A stretch of DNA of 11,995 nucleotides from Candidatus Methylomirabilia bacterium (GCA_041492755.1 JBGPXN010000144.1:1-11995), one strand, 5' to 3'; numbered from the stretch's first letter, positions 1 through 8,157 are shown. The notes: a model not told the origin generated them from the letters alone. Made by a program: numbers and translations.

Positions 1-186
1 AGGGACATTCCGGTGCTCGTCTACACGGGTCGCGACCTCACGGAGGAACAGCGCGGGCGGCTTCGCCTGGGCCCGACGCGCTTTCTCACCAAGTCCAAGG
101 CCTCCGACGAGGATTTCCGGCGGCTGGTGGTGGAGCTGCGGAAGGTTCCACTGGCGCGCGGCGCAGATACGGTCACGGGATCATGA
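1..186 (+). CDS. 3' end (partial) of a receiver-domain protein, probably the terminal REC of a hybrid histidine kinase
   Basis: Not in the ORF track. Frame 1 reads RDIPVLVYTGRDLTEEQRGRLRLGPTRFLTKSKASDEDFRRLVVELRK...GS*, matching REC beta4 (IPVLVYT) and beta5 (FLTK). The TGA at 184-186 overlaps the next ATG (ATGA). Confidence 0.8.
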   Translation, partial: RDIPVLVYTGRDLTEEQRGRLRLGPTRFLTKSKASDEDFRRLVVELRKVPLARGADTVTGS

Positions 187-560
187 AGGTCTTGATCATC
201 GACGACGACGCGGACATCCGGTCGATTGTGCGGCTGAGCCTCAGTCACCTGGGCGGCATGGAGGTGGTCGAGGCCGCCACCGGCGCCGAGGGTGTGCGCA
301 AAGCCCAGGACGAGAAGCCTGACGTGATCCTGCTCGACATGATGATGCCGGCGATGGACGGCTCTGCAACACTGGCGGCGTTGCGCGCGCAACCGGCCAC
401 CGCCACGACGCCGGTGATCTTCCTCACGGCCAAGGCCATGCGGGCCGAGATCGATCGCCTGAGGGCTCTTGGAGCAGCGGGCGTCTTGATCAAGCCGTTC
501 GATCCTCGCACGCTGCCGGGGGAGGTGCGAGCGCTCCTCGAATCTCCGCTCAACCCCTGA
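183..560 (+). CDS. Single-domain response regulator (REC, CheY-like)
   Basis: VLIIDDD, phosphoacceptor ILLDMMMP, IFLTA and LIKPF motifs; 125 aa; translationally coupled to the upstream gene. Confidence 0.93.
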   Translation: MKVLIIDDDADIRSIVRLSLSHLGGMEVVEAATGAEGVRKAQDEKPDVILLDMMMPAMDGSATLAALRAQPATATTPVIFLTAKAMRAEIDRLRALGAAGVLIKPFDPRTLPGEVRALLESPLNP

Positions 561-565
561 CGTGA

Positions 566-818
566 GAGCAGGGCGTGCTCAAGTCCGCGCGCGTGCAGTG
601 GTGGGCGGCCGTCGCGTTCCCGGCAGCCACTCCTGATCCTATCGTCAAGAAGTGAATCAGCGCGGGCCGAGATGGCCAGGGACCCGGGCTTCCTGGCCGG
701 CGCCGGCCGCGTCAACATGAACGTCGACTACCTCAACGCCGGGCAGACGCGCGCCTTCGTGGAGAAAGAGGTCGCCGACTCTACGGAGATGGCGACGGCC
801 ATCGGGATTCGGCGCTAA
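566..818 (+). pseudogene. C-terminal remnant of a tripartite tricarboxylate transporter (TctC/Bug) substrate-binding protein, frameshifted
   Basis: 566-655 reads EQGVLKSARVQWWAAVAFPAATPDPIVKK*. A second frame from 654 reads ESARAEMARDPGFLAGAGRVNMNVDYLNAGQTRAFVEKEVADSTEMATAIGIRR* (TAA 816-818). This fits the Bug/TctC C-terminal pattern (E-G...W...PxxTPxxIVxK...DPxF...GI). The N-terminal part is absent. Confidence 0.72.
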
Positions 819-880
819 CCGCCGGGGCCCCCCGCTCGTCACGCGTGGGCGCGGCATGGCCGGAGCTCCCGATCTCGCGG

Positions 881-1465
881 CTAGGCGAGCTTGAGGCTGA
901 CTTCTTCTCCGTTGCCGATCGGTACGGTGACGGAGAACAAGCGGGGATCGGATTTCACGCGCGCGAGGTAGTCCTCCAGCTCGGCGCGGTGGGACGTCAC
1001 GTTGTCGGCGACGAGGAGGCCGGGGACGGTGAGCTTCGGCACGACGAGCTCGAGGTACGTCGCGTAGCTCGGACGGTCGGCGTCGAGGAACGCGAAGTCG
1101 AACGGGCCGGGGAGCGCGGCCAGCGTGTCGGCGGCGCGGCCTTCCCGGATGTCGACGAGGTCGGCGACACCGGCCGCGTCCAGGTTCTTGCGCGCCATCG
1201 CGATCTTGTCGGGGTTGAACTCGAGCGTCGTCACGCGGCCGGCGGTCTCGCGCGCGGCGCGGGCGAGCCAGATCGTGGAGAACGCGTTGGAGGTGCCGAC
1301 CTCGAGAATGCGGGTGGCGCGGGCCAGGCGCACGAGGATGAAGAGCAGCCGCCCGGTCTCCGGCGTGATGTTGAGCATGCGCCGGGGACGCTCGGTGTTC
1401 TGCGCGTCGTTGTCCTGTCCGAAGCGGTACAGGCTCTCCAGCAGGGTCAGCACGCCTGGATCCAT
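881..1465 (-). CDS. SAM-dependent O-methyltransferase (Methyltransf_3 / YrrM / CCoAOMT-like)
   Basis: Motifs ILEVGTSNAFSTIWLA, TTLE, FDFAFLDADR and LLVADNV. ATG at 1465 is preceded by a GGGAGG RBS; 194 aa. The longer 881..1804 ORF extension overlaps the dioxygenase and is spurious. Confidence 0.9.
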   Translation of the reverse strand: MDPGVLTLLESLYRFGQDNDAQNTERPRRMLNITPETGRLLFILVRLARATRILEVGTSNAFSTIWLARAARETAGRVTTLEFNPDKIAMARKNLDAAGVADLVDIREGRAADTLAALPGPFDFAFLDADRPSYATYLELVVPKLTVPGLLVADNVTSHRAELEDYLARVKSDPRLFSVTVPIGNGEEVSLKLA

Positions 1466-1538
1466 GGGTTCCCTCCCGGTCCCCGGTGTGGTGGCAGCGT
1501 AGCACTCATACGGTATGCTGGCTCCCCAGGAGGCCGCT
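1466..1538. promoter_or_regulatory. Compact divergent promoter region for the O-methyltransferase and dioxygenase
   Basis: 73-bp intergenic region. The + strand has -10-like TATGCT (1514-1519) and RBS AGGAGG (1528-1533). The - strand has extended -10-like TGcTACGCT (1497-1505). A short palindrome CATAC-G-GTATG spans 1507-1517. Confidence 0.4.
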
Positions 1539-2477
1539 ATGAGCAGCTCGCCGACGATCACCCCGGTGCATCCCGTCCTCGGCGCCCGCGTCGACGGCGT
1601 CGATCTGGCGAAGCCGATGGACGAGGCGACGTTCCAGCAGATCTTCCACGCGTTCCAGGAGCACTCGGTGCTCGCGTTCTCGGAGCAACGCTTGACCGAC
1701 GACGAGCAGATGGCGTTCAGCCAGCGCTTCGGCCCTCTGGAGGCCACGATCGTGTCCATCGGCCAGGAGCGGCGCCTGCACGAGAACCTCGTCGATCTCT
1801 CCAACGTCGATCCCGATCACGACGAGCGGCTGATGGGCTGGAACGACCGGCGCATGGTCTACCAGTCCGGCAATCAGCTCTGGCACACCGACAGCTCGTT
1901 CAAGCCGGTGCCGGCGATGGCGTCGCTCCTGTCCGGCCGCGAGGTGCCGCCCGAGGGCGGCGAGACCGAGTTCGTGAGCATGCGGCACGCGTACGCGACG
2001 CTTCCGGAGCCCACGCGGGCCCGGCTCGAGGGCCGCGCCGTCGTGCACAGCATCCTTTACTCGCGCAGCACGATCGCGCCCGGCCTCTTCGATCCCGAGC
2101 ACGAGAAGGGATTGCCGCCGGTGCGTCAGGCCGTGGTGCGCGTGAATCCCGTGAATGGGCGGAAGTCGATCTACATCGGCTCGCACGCCTGGTACGTCGA
2201 GGGCCTGCCGTTCGACGAATCGCGCCGGCTGCTGGACGATCTCCTCGCCCACACCACGCGCCCGGAGACCGTCTACCGCCACCACTGGCGGCAGTGGGAC
2301 CTCGTCATGTGGGACAACCGATGCGTCCTGCATCGCGGCCGGCCGTGGGGCGCGAGCCGGCACCGTCGCGTCATGCGCCGCACCACGGTGGCGGGCGAAG
2401 GGCCGACCGCCGAGCCGCCGTTCGCCCGCCGCACGCCGGCGTGGGAGGGCATCGTGCCGCAAGGCGTCGGAGTCTAG
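1539..2477 (+). CDS. TauD/TfdA family Fe(II)/2-oxoglutarate dioxygenase (TfdA-like subgroup)
   Basis: HxD motif GNQLWHTDSSFKPVP, GGETEF and distal WDNRCVLHRG..MRRTT. AGGAGG RBS precedes ATG 1539; 312 aa. Confidence 0.92.
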   Translation: MSSSPTITPVHPVLGARVDGVDLAKPMDEATFQQIFHAFQEHSVLAFSEQRLTDDEQMAFSQRFGPLEATIVSIGQERRLHENLVDLSNVDPDHDERLMGWNDRRMVYQSGNQLWHTDSSFKPVPAMASLLSGREVPPEGGETEFVSMRHAYATLPEPTRARLEGRAVVHSILYSRSTIAPGLFDPEHEKGLPPVRQAVVRVNPVNGRKSIYIGSHAWYVEGLPFDESRRLLDDLLAHTTRPETVYRHHWRQWDLVMWDNRCVLHRGRPWGASRHRRVMRRTTVAGEGPTAEPPFARRTPAWEGIVPQGVGV

Positions 2478-2479
2478 GA

Positions 2480-2881
2480 ATGACGCTCGAACGCCGGATC
2501 GGCGAGCGCAGCCGGCCCGTTCCGGTGTTCCTCCTCGCCGTCCTCACGCTGGCCCTTGCCGGGGCGGCGAACGCACCGCTCGCCGGCGCCGAAAAGCGCA
2601 TCGCCCTCCTGGTCGGCAACAGCACGTATCGGATGGGACCGCTCCGCAACCCGGCCAACGACGCGCGCGCGATGGCGGCGGCGCTCCGCCAGCTGGGCTT
2701 CGATGTCGTGGTGCTGGAGAACGCCGAGTACCGCGACTTCAGGCGGGCGATCGTGTATCACCTGGGAGCGGGTGGGCTGTCCAAGGACGCCGCCGAAGCG
2801 CTTCGGTGGTTCCGCGCGAGCGCCGCCGCCGCCGGCGACGCGCGCGGCAAGGAGCGGCTCGAACGCCTGGGCGGACGGTGA
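2480..2881 (+). pseudogene. Internally deleted secreted caspase-family (peptidase C14) / Sel1-repeat protein; open frame of 133 aa
   Basis: Signal-like hydrophobic stretch ([17 protein letters not shown]), then caspase N-terminus [43 protein letters not shown], joined at about 2753-2756 to a Sel1-like tail [38 protein letters not shown]. The catalytic GHG and DAC motifs are absent. Confidence 0.75.
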
Positions 2882-2918
2882 GAAGGAGCCAAGTTCTGAC
2901 GACGGACGGCGATTGCCG

Positions 2919-5654
2919 ATGAGGTCCGTGTTCGCGCCGGCGGTCGGCCTCATGAACCGGCTGACCTATCCGCGCAAGTTCCTGGTCATCAGCGTTCTCT
3001 TCGGGTTGCCCCTCGTCCTCGTGACCGCCTTCCTGCTCTCGGAGATCAACTTCTTTCTCGACACCGCGCGCACGCAGGTGGTGGGCCTGCGCTACCTGAC
3101 GGCCATCCAGCCGCTGTTCCGCGCCGTCCAGGAGCAGATGGAGGCGACGGCGTCGATGGCGTCGGTCGCCCAGCAGGAGACGCGCCGCGCCGAGAACCTC
3201 GCCCGCCTCCGCGAGGGGCTCGCAATATTGGAGCGCGCCGAGCGCGAGCTGGGCGGCACGGTCCCCACCGGCGACCGGTTCGCCACGGTCAAGAAGCACG
3301 CCGAGATACTACGATTGGAGCTGGAGCGGCCGGGCGCGGTGGTGAGCGACGAGCTGCGCGAGCCGCTGCTCGGCGCGCTGCGCTCGCTCATGAGCCGGGT
3401 GGGCGACGCCTCACGCCTCATCCTGGATGAGGAGCTCACCAGCTACTACCTCGTCGATACCGTGCTGTTCAACGTGCCCGCCGCCCAGCTCCTCACCACC
3501 CAGATCCGCTCGCAGGGCGAGGTCGTGACGTATCTGCAGAGCCTCTCCAACGAGGACCGCGCGCGGCTGGGGGCCCTGGAAGGCCGGCTCCAGGCCACGA
3601 TGGGGGCCATCACCGCCGAGGTGAAGCGGGCGATCGAGCTGGACGAGAGCCGCCGGCTCAAGACCGCGCTGGACGCGCCGACGGAGGCGGCGGCGGCCGC
3701 GGCCCGGGAGCTCCGGGCGATCATGGATCGCGAGCTGCTCAACACCGCCGAGATCAAGATCACCCCGGCCGCCTGGCGCGAGGCGGGGGCGACCACGCTC
3801 CGCGCGAGCTTCACGCTCTGGGACCGGACCGCCGACGAGCTGGACCGGCTCCTCCAAAAGCGCATCGCGTACTACTGGCGGATGAAGGCGACCGTGCTCG
3901 CCGCCGGCGGGGTGATGATCGCGCTGGTCGCGTACCTCTTCACCGGCTTCTACCTGGCCGTCATGGGCACCGTGTCCACGCTCGACGCGGCGGCGCAGCG
4001 GATGGTCACCGGCGGCGCCCCGGAGACGCTGACGCTGCCCAATCGCGACGAGCTGGCGCAGGTGGTGATCTCCTTCAACCGGATCGCGACCGCGCTCATC
4101 GAATCCAAAGAGACCGCCGAGAGCGCGAACCGGGCCAAGAGCACCTTCCTCGCCAACATGAGCCACGAGCTGCGGACGCCGCTCAACGCCATCATCGGCT
4201 ACAGCGAGATGCTGGTGGAGGAGGCGCGCGAGTCCGGACAGAACGAGTTCGTGCCCGATCTCGAAAAGATCCAGAAGGCGGGCAATCATCTCCTCGAGCT
4301 GATCAACAGCGTCCTCGATCTCTCCAAGATCGAGGCGGGCAAGATGGACCTCTACCTCGAGACGTTCGACGTCCCCACCGTGCTGCGCGACGTCGTGGCC
4401 ACCGTGCAGCCGCTGATCCAGCAAAAGAGCAACCGGCTCGTGCTGGAGTGCCCGGACGATCTCGGCGCCATGCGGGCCGACGTGACGAAAGTCCGCCAGG
4501 CCCTCTTCAACCTCCTCAGCAACGCCAGCAAGTTCACGGACCAGGGGACCATCACGCTGACCGCCGCGCGCGAGGACACCGACAGCGCGCCCTGGATGAT
4601 CTTCCGCGTGACCGATACCGGCATCGGGATGACGTCCGAGCAGCTCGGCAATCTCTTCCAGGCCTTCTCGCAGGCCGACGCCTCCACCACGCGCAAGTAC
4701 GGGGGCACCGGCCTGGGTCTGGTGATCACCCGGCGCTTCTGCCAGCTGATGGGCGGCGACGTCGACGTCGACAGCGCGGCCGGCATGGGCACGACGTTCA
4801 CGATCCGACTGCCCGCCCGCGTGGCCGAGCGCGACACCGACGGCGCCGCTCCCGCCACCGTGGCCGCGCCCACCGCGGCCGCGCGCGCGGCCGGCACCGT
4901 GCTGGTGATCGACGACGATCCGGCCGCCCGCGAGCTGCTCGAGAACTTCTTCCGCAAGGAGGGGTTCGCGGTGGCCTCCGCGGGAGGCGGAGCGGACACG
5001 GTCCGACTCGCGCGGGAGCTGCGGCCCGTCCTGATCACGCTCGACGTCATGATGCCCGGCGTCGACGGCTGGGCGGTGCTGTCCCAGCTCAAGGCCGATC
5101 CCGTGCTTGCCGACATCCCGGTCATCATGGTGACGATCGTGGACGATCGGAACCTCGGCTACGCGCTGGGCGCCACCGAGTATCTGACCAAGCCGGTCGA
5201 TCGCGAGCGGCTGGCCGCGATCGTGCGAAAGTATCGTCGCGCGGGCACGCCCGATCTGGTGCTCGTCGTCGAGGACGACCCCGCCACCCGCGCCATGCTG
5301 CGGACCACGCTCGAGCGCGACGGCTGGGAGGTCGCGGAAGCGGAGAACGGGCGGGTCGGCCTGCAGGCGGTGGCGCGCCGGGAGCCCCGGCTGGTGCTGC
5401 TCGACCTCATGATGCCGGAGATGGACGGCTTTCAGTTCGTCACCGAGCTGCGGCGGACCGAGGAGGGACGCCGTATCCCGGTCATCGTGCTCACCGCGAA
5501 GGACGTGACCGCGGAAGATCGTCGGCGGCTCACCGGCTCCGTCGAGGTCATCCTCCAGAAGGGGGCGGCCAGCCGCGAAACGATCCTTGCCGAGATTCGA
5601 GCGCTCGTCACGGCGGCGACGGGCGCGCCGGGCGGGACGACCAAGGAGACGTGA
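2919..5654 (+). CDS. Membrane hybrid sensor histidine kinase: TM - all-helical extracytoplasmic sensor - TM - HAMP - HisKA - HATPase - REC - REC
   Basis: TM1 [22 protein letters not shown]2 [43 protein letters not shown]-box [19 protein letters not shown] (His 4164-4166), N-box [11 protein letters not shown]1 DTGIG, G2 GGTGLGL, two RECs (LDVMMP, LDLMMP). The start is uncertain (2919, 2928 or 2952); about 911 aa. Confidence 0.93.
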   Translation: MRSVFAPAVGLMNRLTYPRKFLVISVLFGLPLVLVTAFLLSEINFFLDTARTQVVGLRYLTAIQPLFRAVQEQMEATASMASVAQQETRRAENLARLREGLAILERAERELGGTVPTGDRFATVKKHAEILRLELERPGAVVSDELREPLLGALRSLMSRVGDASRLILDEELTSYYLVDTVLFNVPAAQLLTTQIRSQGEVVTYLQSLSNEDRARLGALEGRLQATMGAITAEVKRAIELDESRRLKTALDAPTEAAAAAARELRAIMDRELLNTAEIKITPAAWREAGATTLRASFTLWDRTADELDRLLQKRIAYYWRMKATVLAAGGVMIALVAYLFTGFYLAVMGTVSTLDAAAQRMVTGGAPETLTLPNRDELAQVVISFNRIATALIESKETAESANRAKSTFLANMSHELRTPLNAIIGYSEMLVEEARESGQNEFVPDLEKIQKAGNHLLELINSVLDLSKIEAGKMDLYLETFDVPTVLRDVVATVQPLIQQKSNRLVLECPDDLGAMRADVTKVRQALFNLLSNASKFTDQGTITLTAAREDTDSAPWMIFRVTDTGIGMTSEQLGNLFQAFSQADASTTRKYGGTGLGLVITRRFCQLMGGDVDVDSAAGMGTTFTIRLPARVAERDTDGAAPATVAAPTAAARAAGTVLVIDDDPAARELLENFFRKEGFAVASAGGGADTVRLARELRPVLITLDVMMPGVDGWAVLSQLKADPVLADIPVIMVTIVDDRNLGYALGATEYLTKPVDRERLAAIVRKYRRAGTPDLVLVVEDDPATRAMLRTTLERDGWEVAEAENGRVGLQAVARREPRLVLLDLMMPEMDGFQFVTELRRTEEGRRIPVIVLTAKDVTAEDRRRLTGSVEVILQKGAASRETILAEIRALVTAATGAPGGTTKET

Positions 5655-6031
5655 TGCCGAAGATCCTGCTGGTGGAGGACAACGAGATGAACCGCGACAT
5701 GCTGTCGCGGCGTCTCCAGAAGAAGGGCTACGACGTCGTCATCGCCTTCGACGGGGGCGCGGGCGTCGACATGGCGCGCCGCGAAGTGCCGGATCTCATC
5801 CTGATGGACATGAGCCTGCCCGTCATGGACGGCTGGACGGCGACCCAGGAAATCAAGAAGACGGCGGAGACGTCGCACATCCCGGTCATCGCGCTCACCG
5901 CGCACGCCATGGCGAGCGACCGCGAGAAGGCGCTCGCCGCCGGCTGCGACGATTACGACACCAAGCCCATCGAGCTGCCGCGGCTGCTGGACAAGATCGA
6001 GGCCTTGCTCGGCCGCAAGGGCTCGGCGTGA
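5654..6031 (+). CDS. Single-domain response regulator (DivK-like)
   Basis: [17 protein letters not shown]...ILMDMSLPVMDGW...IALTAHAM...YDTKPI. TGATG overlap with the kinase stop; AAGGAG RBS; 125 aa. Confidence 0.93.
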   Translation: MPKILLVEDNEMNRDMLSRRLQKKGYDVVIAFDGGAGVDMARREVPDLILMDMSLPVMDGWTATQEIKKTAETSHIPVIALTAHAMASDREKALAAGCDDYDTKPIELPRLLDKIEALLGRKGSA

Positions 6032-7611
6032 GCGATCGGGACCAGGCCGTGCTCGCGCACGCGCGGCACGAGCTGCGTACGCCGCTCGGCCACATCATCG
6101 GCTACAGCGAGATGCTGCTCGAGGAAGTCGAGGACGGCGAGCACGCCAAGCTCGCGGAGCCGCTGCGTGCCGTCCACCGTGACGCGCGGTTTTTGCTCGG
6201 CCGGCTCAACGAGCTGCTCGCCCCGCCGGCCCACGACGCGCCGCCCGCGCTCGCGCCGCTGCTGGCGCAGCTCGTGGAGCCGGCCCGCGCCATGGCCAGC
6301 GCGATGGAGGCCGTGCCCAGAGCGGCGTCCGGTGACGGGAGCCCCGCGCTGCAGGCCGACCTCGACAAGATCGCCGCGGCCGCCACCCACCTCGTCGATC
6401 TGCTCGTCAACGGTGATTTCGCGGGCGCCGTGCCGGCGGCCGGTCAGGTTCGCGAAACCGGCGCCGCGTACGCGCCGGCGACCCCGCCCGCGGCCGCCGG
6501 CATCGTGCTCGTCGTCGACGACAACGCCGGCAACCGCGAGCTGCTGGCCCGCCGCCTCGCGCGCGAAGGCCACGAGGTGCTCAGCGCCTCCGACGGGCGC
6601 GCGGCGCTCGACGTGCTGCGCACGCGCGCCGTCGACGTGGTCCTGCTCGACGTGCTGATGCCGGGGGTGAGCGGCGCCGAGGTGCTCCGGGAGCTGAAGG
6701 CGGACGCCGGGCTGCGCTCGGTCCCCGTGCTCATGATCTCGGCCCTCGACGAGATGGACACGGTGATCCGGTGCATCGAGCTCGGCGCCGAGGACTACCT
6801 GGCCAAGCCATTCGACACGATCCTGCTCCGCGCGCGCGTGGGCGCCTGCCTGGAGAAGAAGCGGCTGCGTGACCAGGAGGCGCGGCACCTGCGCGAGCTG
6901 GCGGAGTGGAACCGGCGGCTCGAGCAGCGGGTCCAGGAGCAGGTCACGCAGATGGAGCGGCTCGGCCGTCTCACGCGGCTCGTGTCCCCGGCGGTGGCCG
7001 ACCTCATCCTCACCGGTGAGACCCAGGACCCGCTCAAGACGCACCGGCGCGATATCGCCGTCGTCTTCATCGACCTGCGCGGGTTCACGGCGTTCGCGGA
7101 GACGTCGGAGCCCGAGGAGGTCATGGCCGTGCTGCGCGAGTATCACGCCGCCGTCGGCGCGGTCCTCCTCGAGCACGAGGGCACGGTGGAGCGCTTCGCC
7201 GGCGACGGCATCATGGTGTTCTTCAACGACCCCGTGGTCGTGCCGAACCCGGCCGAACGCGCCGTGCGCATGGCGGTCGACGTGCGCGATCGCATTCAGG
7301 CCCTCAGCGTCACGTGGCGCCGTCGCGGTCACGAGCTCGGCGTCGGGCACGGCGTCGCCCAGGGCTTCGCGACGATCGGGGCCATCGGCTTCGAGAGTCG
7401 CTGGGACTACGGCGCGATCGGCACCGTCGCCAACCTCGCCGCCCGGCTGTGCGCCGAGGCCAAGGCGGGTCAGATCCTCGTGACCACGCGCGTGGCCGAC
7501 GCCGTGAAGGACATCATCGAGAGTGTCGAGATCGAACCGCTCACGCTCAAGGGCTTCCACCGGCCGATGCCGACCGTCGACGTTGTCGGCCTCAAGACCG
7601 ACGCCGGCTAG
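6028..7611 (+). CDS. HisKA(DHp)-like - REC - coiled coil - class III adenylate/guanylate cyclase
   Basis: GTG start in a GTGA overlap. N-terminal [17 protein letters not shown] with no HATPase domain; REC (VVDDN, LLDVLMP, ISA, LAKPF); coiled linker; cyclase motifs VFIDLRGFT, RFAGDG and IGTVANLAARL; 527 aa. Confidence 0.9.
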   Translation: MSDRDQAVLAHARHELRTPLGHIIGYSEMLLEEVEDGEHAKLAEPLRAVHRDARFLLGRLNELLAPPAHDAPPALAPLLAQLVEPARAMASAMEAVPRAASGDGSPALQADLDKIAAAATHLVDLLVNGDFAGAVPAAGQVRETGAAYAPATPPAAAGIVLVVDDNAGNRELLARRLAREGHEVLSASDGRAALDVLRTRAVDVVLLDVLMPGVSGAEVLRELKADAGLRSVPVLMISALDEMDTVIRCIELGAEDYLAKPFDTILLRARVGACLEKKRLRDQEARHLRELAEWNRRLEQRVQEQVTQMERLGRLTRLVSPAVADLILTGETQDPLKTHRRDIAVVFIDLRGFTAFAETSEPEEVMAVLREYHAAVGAVLLEHEGTVERFAGDGIMVFFNDPVVVPNPAERAVRMAVDVRDRIQALSVTWRRRGHELGVGHGVAQGFATIGAIGFESRWDYGAIGTVANLAARLCAEAKAGQILVTTRVADAVKDIIESVEIEPLTLKGFHRPMPTVDVVGLKTDAG

Positions 7612-7620
7612 GACGAGCGC

Positions 7621-8157
7621 ATGGCGGGCACGCAACTCCCCGGCGCGGACATGGAGCGCTTCGTGCGCGAGGCGCTGGCGTTCGTCGGATTCGCGGAGTC
7701 GGACACCGCGCTCGTCCGGCGGACGGCGCCGCTCGTGCTGGCCCGGGAGGCGGAGATCACCACGGCGCTCTACGAGCACTTCCTGGCCATCCCCGCGACC
7801 CGGCGGTTCTTCGTGGACGCGAACGGCGCGCCCGATCTGCCGCGCCTGGAGCGGCGCAAGCACAGCCTCGCGCGCTGGCTCCGGGAGACGGCCGAGGTCG
7901 CCATCAATCAGGAGTTCTCGTATTACCTGCTCGCCGTCGGGCTCTCGCACAGCCATCGCGCCCAGGGTCCCGGCGGCACCATCCCGGCGCGGTTCATGGT
8001 GGGCGCCATGAGCCTGGCCCAGACGGCGCTCGCGCGGATCTTCATGGCGGAGCTCCCGGCGGCCGACGCGCTCGAAGCGTCGATGGCGTGGAACAAGCTC
8101 CTGCTCGTCCACCTCAGCGCGCTGCTGCTGGGCTATCTTCCGCGGGAGCATCGATGA
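7621..8157 (+). CDS. Stand-alone protoglobin / globin-coupled-sensor-type globin
   Basis: N-terminal FVGF..SD...L motif, B10-type Tyr (ALYEHF), RRFF, LARWL, proximal His motif VGLSH, IP.RFM, and H-helix AWNKLL. Starts 9 nt after the cyclase stop (alternative start 7651). Confidence 0.82.
   Translation: MAGTQLPGADMERFVREALAFVGFAESDTALVRRTAPLVLAREAEITTALYEHFLAIPATRRFFVDANGAPDLPRLERRKHSLARWLRETAEVAINQEFSYYLLAVGLSHSHRAQGPGGTIPARFMVGAMSLAQTALARIFMAELPAADALEASMAWNKLLLVHLSALLLGYLPREHR

Noticed and set aside
845..2479. N-terminal 545 aa of the 678-aa + strand ORF 845..2881
   Set aside because: It is an antisense or alternate-frame shadow of the methyltransferase and dioxygenase. Only 2480-2881 has recognisable motifs.
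2556..2918. N-terminal extension of the kinase ORF, and similarly 4448-5653 and 5587-6027 extensions
   Set aside because: They overlap other real genes and are Arg/Pro-rich noise. Better starts exist at 2919, 5654 and 6028.
6028..7611. Pycsar/CBASS-type anti-phage system
   Set aside because: The cyclase is REC-regulated within a two-component operon, and no cNMP-binding TIR or TM effector gene is present.
5953..8151. 732-aa - strand ORF and other long antisense ORFs (1506..2462, 3411..4424, 4352..5128)
   Set aside because: Typical stop-poor antisense frames of high-GC genes, with no domain motifs.
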